Below, in pieces: positions 8,723 to 18,971 of a DNA stretch of 64,000 bases. The translations under genes were made by a program, and so were the position numbers. The stretch covers positions 48,540-112,539 of the forward strand of contig JABCTZ010000041.1 in assembly GCA_018238155.1 (NCBI GenBank), in the 5' to 3' direction. The notes below the pieces were generated by a model, which had not been told where the DNA came from, did no database searches, and saw only the letters and a program-made list of their open reading frames with translations. This DNA is from Candidatus Heimdallarchaeota archaeon. Lineage in GTDB: Archaea; Asgardarchaeota; Heimdallarchaeia; JABLTI01. The first letter of the stretch is position 1, and each line of letters opens with the position of its first letter.

Positions 8723-10912
8723 TTGCCAGAAATAAATTTGTATACAATCGGTACAGTTAAAATAACTAAAAAACTAAAAACCAACATTAATATCAGCTCT
8801 GAAGAGTTGTTTGAAAAATACTCTGAAATTTCTTCTATACTGTCTTTTGAAAGCAAAGAAATGATACGTTTAGCAGTAGATGAAAACCTTGAACCTCAAC
8901 TACGAAAAAAGAAAGATGAAATTTTAGAATATTTTGAAGCAGTAGAAAGTCAATTACTCCAATTGGGTTTTGGTTCTGAAGAAGCAGCTGAAGAAGAAGA
9001 AGCTGAAGAATTGAAAGGCGAACAAATGGATGCAAATGACATACCACAACAAACAGATCAGGATACCTTTGATAAGGAATCCAAACAAAAAGAAGGAAAA
9101 CTAATTTTAGGTGATCAACAAATGGACTCAAAACTTGTCCCAATTAAAATTAAAGAGAAAATTGCTTTGTATCAAGAACGAGATGGTTCTCTTTCAACAT
9201 CAAAAGAAACTACTCGTACAGGCAAAATAGAAATTTTGAACAATTCAGACAAAGACCGTTTGTGGGATATTGATCTGAAATTTGAGAATGTTTCTCAAAC
9301 TGATATTACAGACGAATCTTTTTCCGTTAAAGAATTAGACCCTGAAACATCAAAAGAAATTGAATATGCTTTTGAAGGAGATGTCATATCTAAATTATCT
9401 GTTGAAGAATTCATTTCTACAGCAGGAGATCCAGACATTGAATCTTATTCATTATCTGTTGGTGCAGAAAATGAAATTTTCATGAGAGTTACAATTAAAA
9501 ACTCTGAGTATGAAGAAGTTTCTAAAATTGGTGTTTTCAAATTTATACCAGATGAATTCACTAACCCACAAATATTAGGGCAATCTCTTGGCAACGCTGA
9601 AATCAAAGACAAAGATGGAAAGAACTATGCTCATTGGGAAATCGAAAAACTAGATTCAAATGAAGAAGCAACACTTGACTTGCGATTAAACGTCTATATT
9701 GATAGCAAAGAGACAAAAATACGCACAGGTGAAGTTGCTTTCAAGTATATCACTTCTGAAAGTGTTAGTGGAATCAAAATAGGCTCTTTTGACGCTTATA
9801 CAAATAATTCTTACAATATAATCACATCTGAAATAGATGATGAACCAAATACCTATGAGTGCAAATTTATTTTTGAGAATACAAGTGAATTTATGATTCG
9901 TTTAGTGAACGCTGACGTATATAACGAAGATGATTCAAGCATAAAATATGTTGATATTGACCCTAATGAAATCCCAGAAATTCCCGCAGGTGGAAAATGG
10001 GAATCAAATGCATGGACTTTTACTGCAGAAGATGGAGAATATCCAACTTTTAAAACTAAAGTAGAATTCTTTACTATCGCTGATCATCAAATTGCTACAA
10101 AAATCAAAGTAAACATTTCTGACTTGGAATTAGCTGTAGCAGCACTTGATGGAGTAATCAATTACAGTATCGACAAATTGCCATCTTTCAAGATTACACC
10201 ATTCAATATTTCTGGAAAAGTAACCAATACAGGTGGTGCACCTCTAAATGAGGTTTCACTTGTTGAAGAAATTCAAGCAGAATTCTTACCTCCTAAACCA
10301 TCTCAGGTTGAAGTCTATCTTAATGGAAACATAATTGAAGTTCCTGTTGATGCAATAAAAATCGAACCTGATGATCAAGATCCCGGTGTAGAACACACAG
10401 TAACAGTTTCCCTTGAGAATCTAAAAGATACAGATGCAGGTTCACTACAACCAGATGAAAACATTGAATTCAAATACCCGATCACTGCTTACAATCCAAC
10501 TAAAGAAACACTCTACAAAGCTAACGCAAAATTATCCGCAAACACATACCCACCTGGTAAACCAATAGAAATCCGTGCAGAACCAATAGAAATTATGGTT
10601 GAACACATTCGACGCAATATTGCAAAAGGTAAAGATATTCAAGCATTAGCAACTGAAGGAGAATTCCAAATTACCCTCTCAATCAAGAATATGGGTGAAA
10701 GTGAATTAACAAACTACCGTCTCAAAGAAAAAGTTGCTTCAGGATTAATTCTCTCAGATGTAAGTCATGAAGCTAAAATCTCAGAGAAGGATGGAAATAA
10801 GATTCTTGCATGGAAGTTTGAGACAATAGCTCCAGACGAAGTTTTTGCAGTAACCTACAAGATAAGCCCTTCTGCTGAAGCAAAAGTAAGTGAAACACAA
10901 AAAGATGATTAA
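8723..10912 (+). CDS. Large acidic cytoplasmic multi-beta-sandwich protein (mu-homology/DUF11-like domains); start may be ATG 8861
   Basis: 729-aa ORF with no signal peptide or TM. Several Ig-like units (RVTIKN...FIP...HWEIEKLD; TLSIKN...EKVA...AWKFETIAP). Confidence 0.7.
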   Translation: MPEINLYTIGTVKITKKLKTNINISSEELFEKYSEISSILSFESKEMIRLAVDENLEPQLRKKKDEILEYFEAVESQLLQLGFGSEEAAEEEEAEELKGEQMDANDIPQQTDQDTFDKESKQKEGKLILGDQQMDSKLVPIKIKEKIALYQERDGSLSTSKETTRTGKIEILNNSDKDRLWDIDLKFENVSQTDITDESFSVKELDPETSKEIEYAFEGDVISKLSVEEFISTAGDPDIESYSLSVGAENEIFMRVTIKNSEYEEVSKIGVFKFIPDEFTNPQILGQSLGNAEIKDKDGKNYAHWEIEKLDSNEEATLDLRLNVYIDSKETKIRTGEVAFKYITSESVSGIKIGSFDAYTNNSYNIITSEIDDEPNTYECKFIFENTSEFMIRLVNADVYNEDDSSIKYVDIDPNEIPEIPAGGKWESNAWTFTAEDGEYPTFKTKVEFFTIADHQIATKIKVNISDLELAVAALDGVINYSIDKLPSFKITPFNISGKVTNTGGAPLNEVSLVEEIQAEFLPPKPSQVEVYLNGNIIEVPVDAIKIEPDDQDPGVEHTVTVSLENLKDTDAGSLQPDENIEFKYPITAYNPTKETLYKANAKLSANTYPPGKPIEIRAEPIEIMVEHIRRNIAKGKDIQALATEGEFQITLSIKNMGESELTNYRLKEKVASGLILSDVSHEAKISEKDGNKILAWKFETIAPDEVFAVTYKISPSAEAKVSETQKDD

Positions 10913-10933
10913 TTATCTTCATCTTTTTCTTTT

Positions 10934-12451
10934 CTATTTTTTATTCTTGGCAATTTTCTCAGACAAGTATTGCCCTGTTCTCAAACCAGAGTGTAGTGCA
11001 GTTCCAACACCACCACCACTGACATTTGACCCTGCGAATAAAAGATTCTTGATTTGTGATTTGAAATTACCAACGATTTGATCATATCTTGTGGCATACC
11101 AAGCTCCTTTAGAAACAAGGTTATATCTTTCAAAAGTTAACTGTGTAGACAATTCTCTAGAGATAATATATTTTGATAAATTAGGTATAGCTTTTTCAAC
11201 ACGAGTAATTATTTTTTGTGTGACTTCTTTTTTCAATTGCTTATACTCTGATTTTCGTTCTCTTTTATCCTTGGCTTTCCAAGTATCATTCCAATCAAAG
11301 GGAGTAAAAGCCAATACAATCATACTTTTTTTGTTTCCAACCTCTAAATTCGGATCTATATTTGATGGTATTCTCACACCCAGAAACTCATAATCAAAAT
11401 AACCTTCTCTAACTCGAGTGATAAGATGATCAAAATCTATTTCGTTGCTAATATTAAAATGAGGTGGATACTGTGTTAAATCAATGTTTTCTACTGTTAA
11501 AAATAGCATTGCACCAGTAACAGATGGTTCTTTACTCTTTATATTATTCAAAAATTGTTTATTGAAATTTTCTTCTCCAACATAATTAAAAATAGTTCTT
11601 TGAAGGTCAGCATTAGAGATTACCCAAGTACTTTTTAGAATTGTTCCATCAGACAATTTAACGCCTTTAACTGCACCTTTAGAAATTACTATTTTATCTA
11701 CTGTAGATTTATATTTAATTTGTCCACCATTTTTACAATAATGATTAACCAAATTTTCTGCAAATGCTAACATTCCTCCAACAGGATAATCTATACCAAA
11801 GGTATTTGCTTCACTGATAATATTTGCTGCAATTGGCGCAGAAACTTCACTTGATTTTAGAAAGAGCCAAGTGCAATAGAATTTGAATAAATTCTTTACA
11901 TTTTCATCGGTTAAAAAACGATCTAACAAATGAGAAAATTTTAACAAGCCATATCGTCTAAGTTTTGGATATTTAAAAACAACTTTGAGTAATTCACGTA
12001 TGGTTAATTTAGAGGATGAAAATCCGGAATCTCTAATTTCGTTATTAATTGCATCGCATTCGTTCAAGAAATTTATTACATTTTCTTTTTCATGTGGGTA
12101 TTTAGTTTCAATTTCAGTGAGCAGTTTATCTCGAGAAGAATACATATTCAGAAATTCATTGTCACGAAAATTTGCCTCAATAGGTTCAATTGATTTTAGA
12201 GGATGAGTAAAACCTAATTCATTCAAAATCTTATTCGACCTGCTCTTTTCAAAATTGAGCATTCCTTCTGCACCTAAATCAAAGTAAACCCCTTTCCTCC
12301 TAAAACCAGAGACATATCCACCAGGATAGTTATTATGCTCAATGATTATTGTTTTTAGCGCCGGATTTTTTGCTTGTAAAAAATTTCCTGCACCTAAACC
12401 ACCGATTCCAGCACCTATTATAATTACATCAAATTCATTTTCATTTCTCAA
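10934..12451 (-). CDS. Phytoene desaturase/carotenoid isomerase-like FAD-dependent oxidoreductase
   Basis: IIGAGIGGL dinucleotide motif, PGGYVSGFRRKGVYFDLG, YPVGG, VISNAD, C-terminal IKNLLFAG...GGGV. Confidence 0.85.
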   Translation of the reverse strand: MRNENEFDVIIIGAGIGGLGAGNFLQAKNPALKTIIIEHNNYPGGYVSGFRRKGVYFDLGAEGMLNFEKSRSNKILNELGFTHPLKSIEPIEANFRDNEFLNMYSSRDKLLTEIETKYPHEKENVINFLNECDAINNEIRDSGFSSSKLTIRELLKVVFKYPKLRRYGLLKFSHLLDRFLTDENVKNLFKFYCTWLFLKSSEVSAPIAANIISEANTFGIDYPVGGMLAFAENLVNHYCKNGGQIKYKSTVDKIVISKGAVKGVKLSDGTILKSTWVISNADLQRTIFNYVGEENFNKQFLNNIKSKEPSVTGAMLFLTVENIDLTQYPPHFNISNEIDFDHLITRVREGYFDYEFLGVRIPSNIDPNLEVGNKKSMIVLAFTPFDWNDTWKAKDKRERKSEYKQLKKEVTQKIITRVEKAIPNLSKYIISRELSTQLTFERYNLVSKGAWYATRYDQIVGNFKSQIKNLLFAGSNVSGGGVGTALHSGLRTGQYLSEKIAKNKK

Positions 12452-12542
12452 GAAAATACCTCAACGAGTTTCAAATAATAGATGGAAATAGGAATGAAAA
12501 TTGGAATAAATGACTTAGAATAATCAAATATTATTGCTATCT

Positions 12543-14390
12543 TTAAGTCTTTGTTCTATACTTCTCTAAATTCAAAGATTTTATACATTCACTTGTGGGA
12601 AAACCAGTTGCTTGATCCCAGTCTCTAACTCTATAGTACTCTTTTAATTGAATAGCTAAATTAGGAGTGTTTCCTTTTGTTCCACCTTCTTTCAATTTAA
12701 ACGAAATAACTTTCGGTAAACGATCATTTTCTCTTGTTAATCCAAGTTTCTTGTTTAGCAATCTCTTCAAATTAGTTATTCTTGATCCAGCTTTCATTAT
12801 TTCATCAATTGTTATAGGCCATCCGGTAGCTAGCTCAACTGCTTTAGTAGTATCTTTAAATGGAGGTAATGCAAAATGGCACATTATTAGGGCATTATAC
12901 ACTGCTCTAAAATCTTGAACTTTGACAGCTAATGAACCTGCTTCAACATCATCAAATCTATCCTTACACTCAAGATTTATTTCAGAAACTGAAACACCTA
13001 ATCCCATTTTATACCCATCACCATTATTATGACAAGCACCTCGAGATGAGGTAGCATAAACTGCAGCCATTGAAAAGAAAGCTCTTGGATCATGATAAGG
13101 TAATTCTAAACCGTTAACAGTATGTGCTTCATCAGGTACTCCATAATGAGCAGCCACAGCATCAGCACCTTTGACCATTAATTTTCCAATACCTTTTCCA
13201 ATTGCCATTAATTTTAGTAGTTTAATTGCCGCATCAATATTACCCCAAATAGCAGAAATACCTTCTAAATCGGCTTTAGGTATCTTACTCATTTCATTTA
13301 AACGAAACACTAATGCAATTATTTGGCTTGCAGAAATAGTATCTAATCCATAAACATTACACAAATAATTTGCATAAGCAATCCCTTCCAAATTATCAAC
13401 AAGCAAGTTAGTACCAAAACCAGCCAATGTTTCAAACTCAGGACCAGCTGTTTGAGGTATAGCGTATTTGCCTTCATCTATTTTGACTATTCTCCCACAA
13501 CCAATGATACAACTATAGCAATGATATCTCTTAATGAGGATTGTTTCTTTCATTCGAGAACCATCAATAGCTTCCGTATTCTCCATGAATCCTTGGTGCC
13601 AATACTTTACTGGAACATCCCCCCATTTCATCCCTCCTGATACATATGCAGCAGTACCAAACATAGTTCTACCAACGGAATTTTCTCTAATATTCTTCCT
13701 CATTTTTGATATGAGAGCTTTGAACTCTACTAGGTGAGCTATTCCTACGTCTCGAGTAGATGATCGCAGAGCTATTGCTTTTAGGTTTTTAGAGCCCATC
13801 ACAGCTCCCATACCTGTCCGTCCTGCAGCACGATCACCATCATTCATCAATGCAGCAATGGTACTTTGATTTTCTCCAGCGATGCCTATCGTTGCATAGC
13901 TAGAAATTTTCCCATGCTTTTCTTTAAGAACATCACCAACTTCAAAGGATCCTTTACCCCAAAGTTCTGATGCATCTAGGAATTCAATAGTTCCATCAAA
14001 AATAGTAACATACGTAGGTTGAGATGATTTGCCGGAAAAAATCATTCCATCGTATCCGAGAAATTTCATAAATGCACCAAATTTCCCCCCTGAATTTGAT
14101 TCACCCCAAATATTGGTCGCGGGAGATTTTGCACAAACAACATGTCTTCCACAATTTGGCGCTTTCGTTCCTACTAGTGGTCCATTGAAAAATCCTATAG
14201 GATTATTTGGTGATAAAGGATCTAATTCTTTTGTTAAGCGTTCAAAAAGGATTGCAGCAGCTAGTCCACTTCCACCAATATATTGATGATATAATTCTTC
14301 TTTTGGATTTAAAATACTAGTTTTTTCTGTTGTCAGATTGATTTCAAGGATTTTACCAGTATTGCCAAAATAATCCATGCTTTTTTTCAC
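12543..14390 (-). CDS. aor: Tungsten aldehyde:ferredoxin oxidoreductase family protein
   Basis: KSPATNIWGESNSGG, AAGRTGMGAVMGSKNLKAI, CYSCIIGC, GPEFET, GLDTIS, RGACH. Confidence 0.93.
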   Translation of the reverse strand: MKKSMDYFGNTGKILEINLTTEKTSILNPKEELYHQYIGGSGLAAAILFERLTKELDPLSPNNPIGFFNGPLVGTKAPNCGRHVVCAKSPATNIWGESNSGGKFGAFMKFLGYDGMIFSGKSSQPTYVTIFDGTIEFLDASELWGKGSFEVGDVLKEKHGKISSYATIGIAGENQSTIAALMNDGDRAAGRTGMGAVMGSKNLKAIALRSSTRDVGIAHLVEFKALISKMRKNIRENSVGRTMFGTAAYVSGGMKWGDVPVKYWHQGFMENTEAIDGSRMKETILIKRYHCYSCIIGCGRIVKIDEGKYAIPQTAGPEFETLAGFGTNLLVDNLEGIAYANYLCNVYGLDTISASQIIALVFRLNEMSKIPKADLEGISAIWGNIDAAIKLLKLMAIGKGIGKLMVKGADAVAAHYGVPDEAHTVNGLELPYHDPRAFFSMAAVYATSSRGACHNNGDGYKMGLGVSVSEINLECKDRFDDVEAGSLAVKVQDFRAVYNALIMCHFALPPFKDTTKAVELATGWPITIDEIMKAGSRITNLKRLLNKKLGLTRENDRLPKVISFKLKEGGTKGNTPNLAIQLKEYYRVRDWDQATGFPTSECIKSLNLEKYRTKT

Positions 14391-14549
14391 ACCTTTCTCT
14401 AAATTACACTAACAACTTTCAATCATAAAAGTATCCTATTGATTTTTTGCTTGAAGAAGTAGCTTGTCCATAAAAAAAAACTCTTAAAGCTTAAACAACT
14501 TAACTTAGAATAAGAAAAAACCTAACACTAATAACTGGAGAGTTTTTAT

Positions 14550-16808
14550 TTGTCTGAAATAATAAATGAATTAGAACTTAGTAATAATGAAGAGAAAATT
14601 TATCTTTTACTTCTCTCAATGGGACAACTTTCAACAGCAGAAATTGCGCAAATGATTGAAGGAAAGGTTTCCGAAGTAGAAAATAATGTAAATATATTGA
14701 TTGGTAAAGATTTGGTTTTTCCAAATCCGGGTATTGTCAAAAAATATTCAGCAGTTTATCCTTTGGTTTCTCTCTCAGAAAAAGCAAAAGATTCCCTTGA
14801 CATAGTACAATCTCTTGGTGAAGAAATTAACACTTATTCTGCAGAAAAATTTGAAACCTTAGATAAAATTCTGAATAATCAAAAAGAAACTATCATTAAA
14901 ATAGCCACAGAAGCGAAAGAAGAAAACAGACTTTCAACTGATTCAGCAACAACAGAAATATCTTCAGATATTGAAAAATTGATTGATGATATAAGTCAGA
15001 TCCTAAACACCGAAAGTCTAGTAATTACTGAATTAGCCACCAGCACGACTATCAATATTAATAAACACTATCAGGAAACAAATGAAACTGTTGGTAATGC
15101 AATAAGCTCTACTGTTAGCAATGTAGTCAATTCTTTAAATGAATCACAAACAAGTATCACAAAATCCTTTGATGATTCATCATTAAAAGTAGGTACTGCA
15201 GCTGGTGTCTTAGAGAATAGCTTACAAGCTTTACTTGATAATAATTTGAGTGAGAATATCTCTATCAACAAAGAAATACATGCTAAATTAAACAAAGCTA
15301 TTGAGGAATACAATAAAGCATCTTTAAATAATGTGAACCTCAATGGACAAACTATTTCTGATAATTATGCAAGTGTCATAGATGTTGTTAATACAAGATT
15401 AACTTCTCAAGGGAAAGAAACAAATCAAATTCTCGGAGAGCGTATACGCAATATTTCAGATTCAATGGGTGAAATGAATAATGAGTTTGCAAAACTTATC
15501 AAAGATAAACTAAATGGTGTTCGAAGAGAATACCAACAGCTAATAGAATCACTCACTCGAAATGTTGAAACGTTATTTGTTGATGCAAATGCACAACTTC
15601 AAAGTTCAATTGCTGCAAAGACAAAAACGAATGAGGATAGATTGAATAATCTCTTCAAATTACTTGAAGAAAACTTGGAGAAAAATGCAAGTGATACTCG
15701 AATAGAAGTTAAAAACAAAGAAAACCGTGTAAGTACAGAATTGAAAGCAGTCGCTGAAATTACAAATAGAAAAATGACTGAAATAAATGAAAAACTGTCC
15801 ATGGAAATTAATAATAACCTCAATAAATCACGCACAGATTCTGAAACAACCAAAAATGACATGAGCCAAAAAATAACTTCAGCTGCAACAGATTTCAAGT
15901 CAAAATACCATGAAGCAAGAGATGGTACACAATCTAGTGTTGCAAAAGAGTTCCAGAATCAAGAAACGATATTTACATCCATTGGTTCCAAAATTCTAGA
16001 AGATATTCGCACACTAAATAATTCCAGTGAAAATCAAACTAAAGCTTTCATTAAGGAAACAGAAAAACGCGCAAACGCGGCCATAGCAAAAATAGAAATG
16101 CCCTCAAAAACTCTTCTAAATCGAGGAAAACATGCGGCATTAAAAACAGTACAAACACAATATGCTTTGGTCAATAAAACAATTGATGTGGCTCAAACAG
16201 GATTGGAAGATACAATTATCTCAGAGATTTCAGAAGTTAAGAACCAATTCAAAGGTTATGGTGATAAATTTAAAGACACCAATAAAACAATTGAACGTCT
16301 TCTAGCAAACCTTGAATTAACTTATCAAGAACTAATAACTCGAACTAAAGATGTTCCAAGACCAACAATTACTACTTCGATACTTCTCGGAAGAAATGCT
16401 GTTCTAAATCAAATGGAAGAGATTTTGACTCGAGTAAAATCAACAATTACAGTAGTTTATCCAAAAATTGGTGATATACATGTTAATGCACTTTTAGATA
16501 GTAATCCAAGAACAAGAATTATTGTCATATCTGATTTTGATACATTCAAAAATGCTGATTTGATCAAGCAATTAATGTCAAAAGAAAACATTCAATTGAA
16601 ATCTTTGGTTACAAGTTCAACCATTAAACCATATTTCGCAATAGGCAGAGATGCTGAAGAAGGTTTAATAGCTAGTATCGATGATTCTGAACAGGTAATT
16701 GGTTTTACAAGCAAATCACAAGCGTTTGTTGAATTAATAAGTGCAGAGATAATCAATACAATTATTACTCCAAAAACAAAAAGAGTAGTGTTACCTCAAA
16801 CAGAATAA
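14550..16808 (+). CDS. TrmB-like HTH protein with long central coiled coil and C-terminal TrmB/PLD-like domain
   Basis: LELSNNEEKIYLLLLSMGQLSTAEIA HTH, about 520 aa of helical sequence, then GRNAVLNQMEEIL...FAIGRDAEEGLIA. Confidence 0.7.
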   Translation: MSEIINELELSNNEEKIYLLLLSMGQLSTAEIAQMIEGKVSEVENNVNILIGKDLVFPNPGIVKKYSAVYPLVSLSEKAKDSLDIVQSLGEEINTYSAEKFETLDKILNNQKETIIKIATEAKEENRLSTDSATTEISSDIEKLIDDISQILNTESLVITELATSTTININKHYQETNETVGNAISSTVSNVVNSLNESQTSITKSFDDSSLKVGTAAGVLENSLQALLDNNLSENISINKEIHAKLNKAIEEYNKASLNNVNLNGQTISDNYASVIDVVNTRLTSQGKETNQILGERIRNISDSMGEMNNEFAKLIKDKLNGVRREYQQLIESLTRNVETLFVDANAQLQSSIAAKTKTNEDRLNNLFKLLEENLEKNASDTRIEVKNKENRVSTELKAVAEITNRKMTEINEKLSMEINNNLNKSRTDSETTKNDMSQKITSAATDFKSKYHEARDGTQSSVAKEFQNQETIFTSIGSKILEDIRTLNNSSENQTKAFIKETEKRANAAIAKIEMPSKTLLNRGKHAALKTVQTQYALVNKTIDVAQTGLEDTIISEISEVKNQFKGYGDKFKDTNKTIERLLANLELTYQELITRTKDVPRPTITTSILLGRNAVLNQMEEILTRVKSTITVVYPKIGDIHVNALLDSNPRTRIIVISDFDTFKNADLIKQLMSKENIQLKSLVTSSTIKPYFAIGRDAEEGLIASIDDSEQVIGFTSKSQAFVELISAEIINTIITPKTKRVVLPQTE

Positions 16809-16829
16809 GTATTTTAAATTTAAAAAATG

Positions 16830-16861
16830 ACTTGATGTATTATCATCAAGTTTCTTTTCTT
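16830..16861 (+). terminator. Hairpin + T-tract terminator after the TrmB-like gene
   Basis: ACTTGATG-tattat-CATCAAGT (8-bp stem) followed by TTCTTTTCTT. Confidence 0.55.
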
Positions 16862-16912
16862 ATTTTTTATCAAAATGTCTTCAATAGTAAGCTAAATAAA
16901 TAATTTTGACCA

Positions 16913-17608
16913 TTGTTATTTATGGTGATAAAAAAAATGACTTATAATAAGCATTTTTCTAAAGTGTTCTTTGTTCTATTATTTTCATTGATTATATTTA
17001 ATGTTTTATTTTCAGTTTACAATGTAAATGCTGATTATAATATTGAAGAAGGAGACACTTTCTATTTCAAAGTAATTACATTACATGATTTATCTGGTTC
17101 CAATTTTACTTATTATAATGCTTATTTTGATGTTGCATTTTCTACTGATTCAGAAATAACTTTAGTTGTTGAAACTGTTCTTAAACTCACAAATTCAACA
17201 CAAATGAAAATTAGTTTAGTGGTGGATGATAATTCTTCTTGGAGAACGGCTATTTTAAGTCAATATATTTTTGTAAATCGAAATTGGGAAGACCTTGAAG
17301 AGGAATGGGCACCACCAATATACGAAGTTTATGAAACAAAAAAAGTTTGGGGATTAACGAGCTCCGCTTCAGGTGAATTGAAAGTTGAATATGTAAAAAA
17401 AGATGGTGTGCTCAATAGATTCTACGCATATGAATATCCACTAATAACAGCTATCGGTATTAAAGAAATCTTAATCGTAAGAACTGATGTTAACTTTGAA
17501 GAATTAACTTTCTCAACAGGATTAACTTGGTTGGCTATTTTACCCATTTTTATTCTGGGTGTTTCTCTGATTATACGCTATCAGTTTAAAATGACAAAAA
17601 ATAGATAA
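16913..17608 (+). CDS. Secreted protein with C-terminal membrane anchor
   Basis: Signal peptide ending VNA, YNIEEGDTFYFKV start, C-terminal TM plus basic tail. Start probably 16922 or 16937. Confidence 0.7.
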   Translation: MLFMVIKKMTYNKHFSKVFFVLLFSLIIFNVLFSVYNVNADYNIEEGDTFYFKVITLHDLSGSNFTYYNAYFDVAFSTDSEITLVVETVLKLTNSTQMKISLVVDDNSSWRTAILSQYIFVNRNWEDLEEEWAPPIYEVYETKKVWGLTSSASGELKVEYVKKDGVLNRFYAYEYPLITAIGIKEILIVRTDVNFEELTFSTGLTWLAILPIFILGVSLIIRYQFKMTKNR

Positions 17609-17648
17609 AGCTAAAATTCCCTCTTTTGACATGAGCAAATAGTATTTT

Positions 17649-18722
17649 ATGTTACGAAATAACATCGCATCAAAAGAGGCAAACTTACCTATGAAAGTAG
17701 GAATAAACGGAACTGGATTAATAACGAGAGCATTGGTAAAGCTAGTAGCTTTAAATGAAGAATTCAAAAATATAGAAATTGCTCAAATAAATGGGCGAAC
17801 AATGACTATTAACCGCTTAAAAGATCTGTTACTCTATTCTAGCTCGCAAGGGCATTCAAACTTAGATGTTTCTATCAACTATGATACCAACGAATTACTT
17901 GTTAATGGAAATAAAATCAAATATACTGCTAATTCTAAGCCAGAAGATATCCAATGGTTACCAGAAATTGAATTACTAATTGAAGCAACTGGAACTTTCA
18001 GAGATGATACAAAAAACAGCAAAGATCCAAATAGGCATTTTAAGTCATTAAATAATAATCTAAAGGGAATTGTAATCACTGCACCCGGAAAAGGTAGCAT
18101 TGTTGATTACATGTGGATAGCTTCTCCGGATTTAGAACAAGAAATAACTACTGTCACATCTGCTAAGAAACCATTTGTAATAGGAGCAGCAAGTTGCACA
18201 ACAACAGCAGCTATACCAATAGTTGACACCCTCGATGAGGTATTCGGTATAGAGTCATGTTATTTAACTACAGTTCATGCTGTAACAAGATCACAAGATA
18301 TATTGGATGGTTCTAAAGGCTGGTGTGCAATGGACACACAACTTCATTCTACAGGGGCAACGAAAGCAACAAACAAAGTGCTAAAGAAAAGCATTCCAAT
18401 GAGTGGTATTGCGTTTAGAACATCAGATAAAGCCGGCAGTTTTATACAAATAGATGCCGTTCTAAATAAAGAGATAATAAAAGAAAATCTTCTTGATGCG
18501 TTCAAAAATAGCAAATACAAAAGTTCTTTTGCCTACTCAACAGTATCGAATCCTCCTTCAAGTTATGTTCGAGGGAATAAAGCAATGGTTGTTCTCATAC
18601 CTGACGAATTTGTGATTATTGACAAAAAGAGAGTAATAATTAAGGGCCTCTATGATAATGAAGAAGGATATACAAATCATCTGTTGCAATTAATTAACTT
18701 CGTCATTTCAAAAATGAAGTAA
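17649..18722 (+). CDS. gap: Divergent class I (bacterial/eukaryotic-type) glyceraldehyde-3-phosphate dehydrogenase family protein
   Basis: KVGINGTGLITR, IEATGTF, ITAPG, ASCTT catalytic motif, TTVHAVT, STGATKA, YDNEEGY. Confidence 0.8.
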   Translation: MLRNNIASKEANLPMKVGINGTGLITRALVKLVALNEEFKNIEIAQINGRTMTINRLKDLLLYSSSQGHSNLDVSINYDTNELLVNGNKIKYTANSKPEDIQWLPEIELLIEATGTFRDDTKNSKDPNRHFKSLNNNLKGIVITAPGKGSIVDYMWIASPDLEQEITTVTSAKKPFVIGAASCTTTAAIPIVDTLDEVFGIESCYLTTVHAVTRSQDILDGSKGWCAMDTQLHSTGATKATNKVLKKSIPMSGIAFRTSDKAGSFIQIDAVLNKEIIKENLLDAFKNSKYKSSFAYSTVSNPPSSYVRGNKAMVVLIPDEFVIIDKKRVIIKGLYDNEEGYTNHLLQLINFVISKMK

Positions 18723-18734
18723 AATAAATCAAAT

Positions 18735-18779
18735 AGATCAATAGCAAATAGCTAGGAATATCCTAATGCCTATTGATCT
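18735..18779. terminator. Inverted repeat between convergent genes
   Basis: AGATCAATAG ... CTATTGATCT (10 bp) with an internal TAGGA/TCCTA stem. Confidence 0.5.
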
Positions 18780-18789
18780 TCAATTTCTT

Positions 18790-18957
18790 TTAAAGGAAGA
18801 AAGCTAGTGCAAATAAAGCTCCAGTGAAAAGTAATCCTGAAATCATTGATAAGCTGATAATTAGAATTGCTTTTCTAAAGTCTTGTTTTATCATTTCAGG
18901 GAAATTGATATCGCCTTCAATGAGCTCTGCTTTTGGGAGTGAAATTTTGCTTGACAT
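18790..18957 (-). CDS. Small single-TM protein (55 aa)
   Basis: ATG at 18957 preceded by a GGAGGT Shine-Dalgarno. MSSKISLPK...KAILIISLSMISGLLFTGALFALAFFL. Confidence 0.6.
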   Translation of the reverse strand: MSSKISLPKAELIEGDINFPEMIKQDFRKAILIISLSMISGLLFTGALFALAFFL

Positions 18958-18971
18958 CTTTTTACCTCCAT

